Notes under the pieces: model-generated
Seen by the model: only the letters and a program-made list of their open reading frames with translations
The model's database searches: none
Told to the model about the DNA's origin: nothing
Position numbers and translations under genes: made by a program
Shown here: positions 62,814 through 64,000 of the stretch, piece after piece
How the letters are laid out: each line of letters opens with the position of its first letter
How positions within the stretch are numbered: the first letter of the stretch is position 1
From: Mobula hypostoma
Lineage: Eukaryota
Length of the DNA stretch: 64,000 bases
Direction: 5' to 3'
Assembly (NCBI RefSeq): GCF_963921235.1
Contig: NC_086097.1
Span: forward strand, 166,410,001-166,474,000

Positions 62814-63134
62814 CATAAGATTGATGTTTCGGGCCAAGACCTTTCATCAGACATGCGAAGAAGCCAGAACAAGATGGTGGGGTGTGGGGAAGGAGTACAA
62901 GCTGATAGGTGATAGGTGAGACCAGGTGAGAGGGAAGGTGGTTGGATGGGGTGTATGAATAATGTAGCTGGGAGAGAATAGGTGGAAGAGGTAAAGAACT
63001 GAAAAAGGAGGAATCTAATAGAAGAAGACAGTAGACCATGGGAGAAAGGGAAGAAGGAGAGGAACCAGAGGGAGATGATGGGCAGGTGAAGGGAAGAGAA
63101 AGGGCGAGAGTGGAACAAGAATAAGGAATGCAAT

Positions 63135-64000
63135 TGTAGCCCCACTGGCCACCTTCAGGGTCGCTCGGCTCGCTGTCGTCTAGGGAAACAACCCTCGGCC
63201 CCGCCAAACTGGGTAATTAGTTTGTGTAGATGCTGTGTGATGTACCCCACCCTGCCCAAATAACAGACAATACACCAGATACGATTAAATGATTTACAGT
63301 TTACAGATATTACTGGAACTATATAATTGATAGAGAATAAAATATAAAAGGAAAATAAAAGGTGCCACACTTATCAAAGTTCAATCTCTTTGTGCACAAA
63401 ACAGTTGGAGCTCAAGAACCTTCTTCTTCACCCTGTGACCCCTCGGACCACCTCGACCAGCCGCCTGGGACCAACAACGATGGTCGACCAGACGCTCCAC
63501 ACGAGTCCATCTCTGTCTCCTCGCCAAACGCCCTCCTCGGGGTCCGACCCCGTTAGCGGACATCACAGCACCTGGTCCATCCTCTGTCTCACTCTCCCGC
63601 CTTCTCCCCCAAAAATCCGCGCATACAAATCTCCCAGATACACCAAAAGCATAACAACTATCCCAGTTGGTTAATAGCACCCTGCTGTCTGTATTAACCC
63701 AAGCAAATGTCTAGCTAGAGGTTTTCTCAGCATTTAACATAACAAAGAAGCCATTTTAATTAGCCTACGCAGTAAAAGACGAAACCCTCTTACACTCTCC
63801 CTCCACCAAATAAAGTCATGTCTTCATGACTTCTAAATAACTCGCCAACCAGTCTTGCAGACACACAACACACACATACACAGATACACACAGTGACAGT
63901 GCTCCCCAAACAGTGGACCTTACGCCTGTCCCACGGGCGCTACATAGGCCAACCTATCTGGGAGCTTCTTAACCCTCCAAGACCTCCGTACCCCCTCACC
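63135..64000 (-). mobile_element. Gypsy element 3' end: pol C-terminus, PPT and 3' LTR (63135-63794); continues beyond window
   Basis: Minus strand VRRSWRVKKLPDRLAY, PPT ggtggagggagag abutting TGTAAGAGGG, LTR ends ggggcTACA. Confidence 0.88.

Overview
Eukaryotic, transposon-saturated non-coding DNA (intronic or intergenic). The repeat content points to a cartilaginous fish, probably a ray (inference from HE1/V-SINE, a shark-type DeuSINE, and abundant CR1 and Neptune Penelope-like elements). I can support no host protein-coding gene, RNA gene or CRISPR array; all recognisable ORFs are decayed transposon fragments. Content: about 10 long CR1 LINE copies, including three of one young subfamily; three L1-clade 3' ends with target-site duplications (TSDs); Rex1/Babar fragments; many Penelope-like elements (PLEs) carrying hammerhead-ribozyme motifs; two solo LTRs and a Gypsy 3' end; and Harbinger, mariner, Tigger and hAT derivatives, often nested 3-4 deep. 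The most notable structures are a size series (74 bp to 1.9 kb) of TSD-flanked inverted PLE insertions sharing one fixed end point, a 625-bp fold-back mariner MITE with five TIR copies, a Harbinger whose removal restores the CR1 reading frame, and an all-plus orientation of long CR1s. I did not find a convincing new biological system. Family names come from my recollection of consensus motifs, and boundaries without a TSD are approximate.
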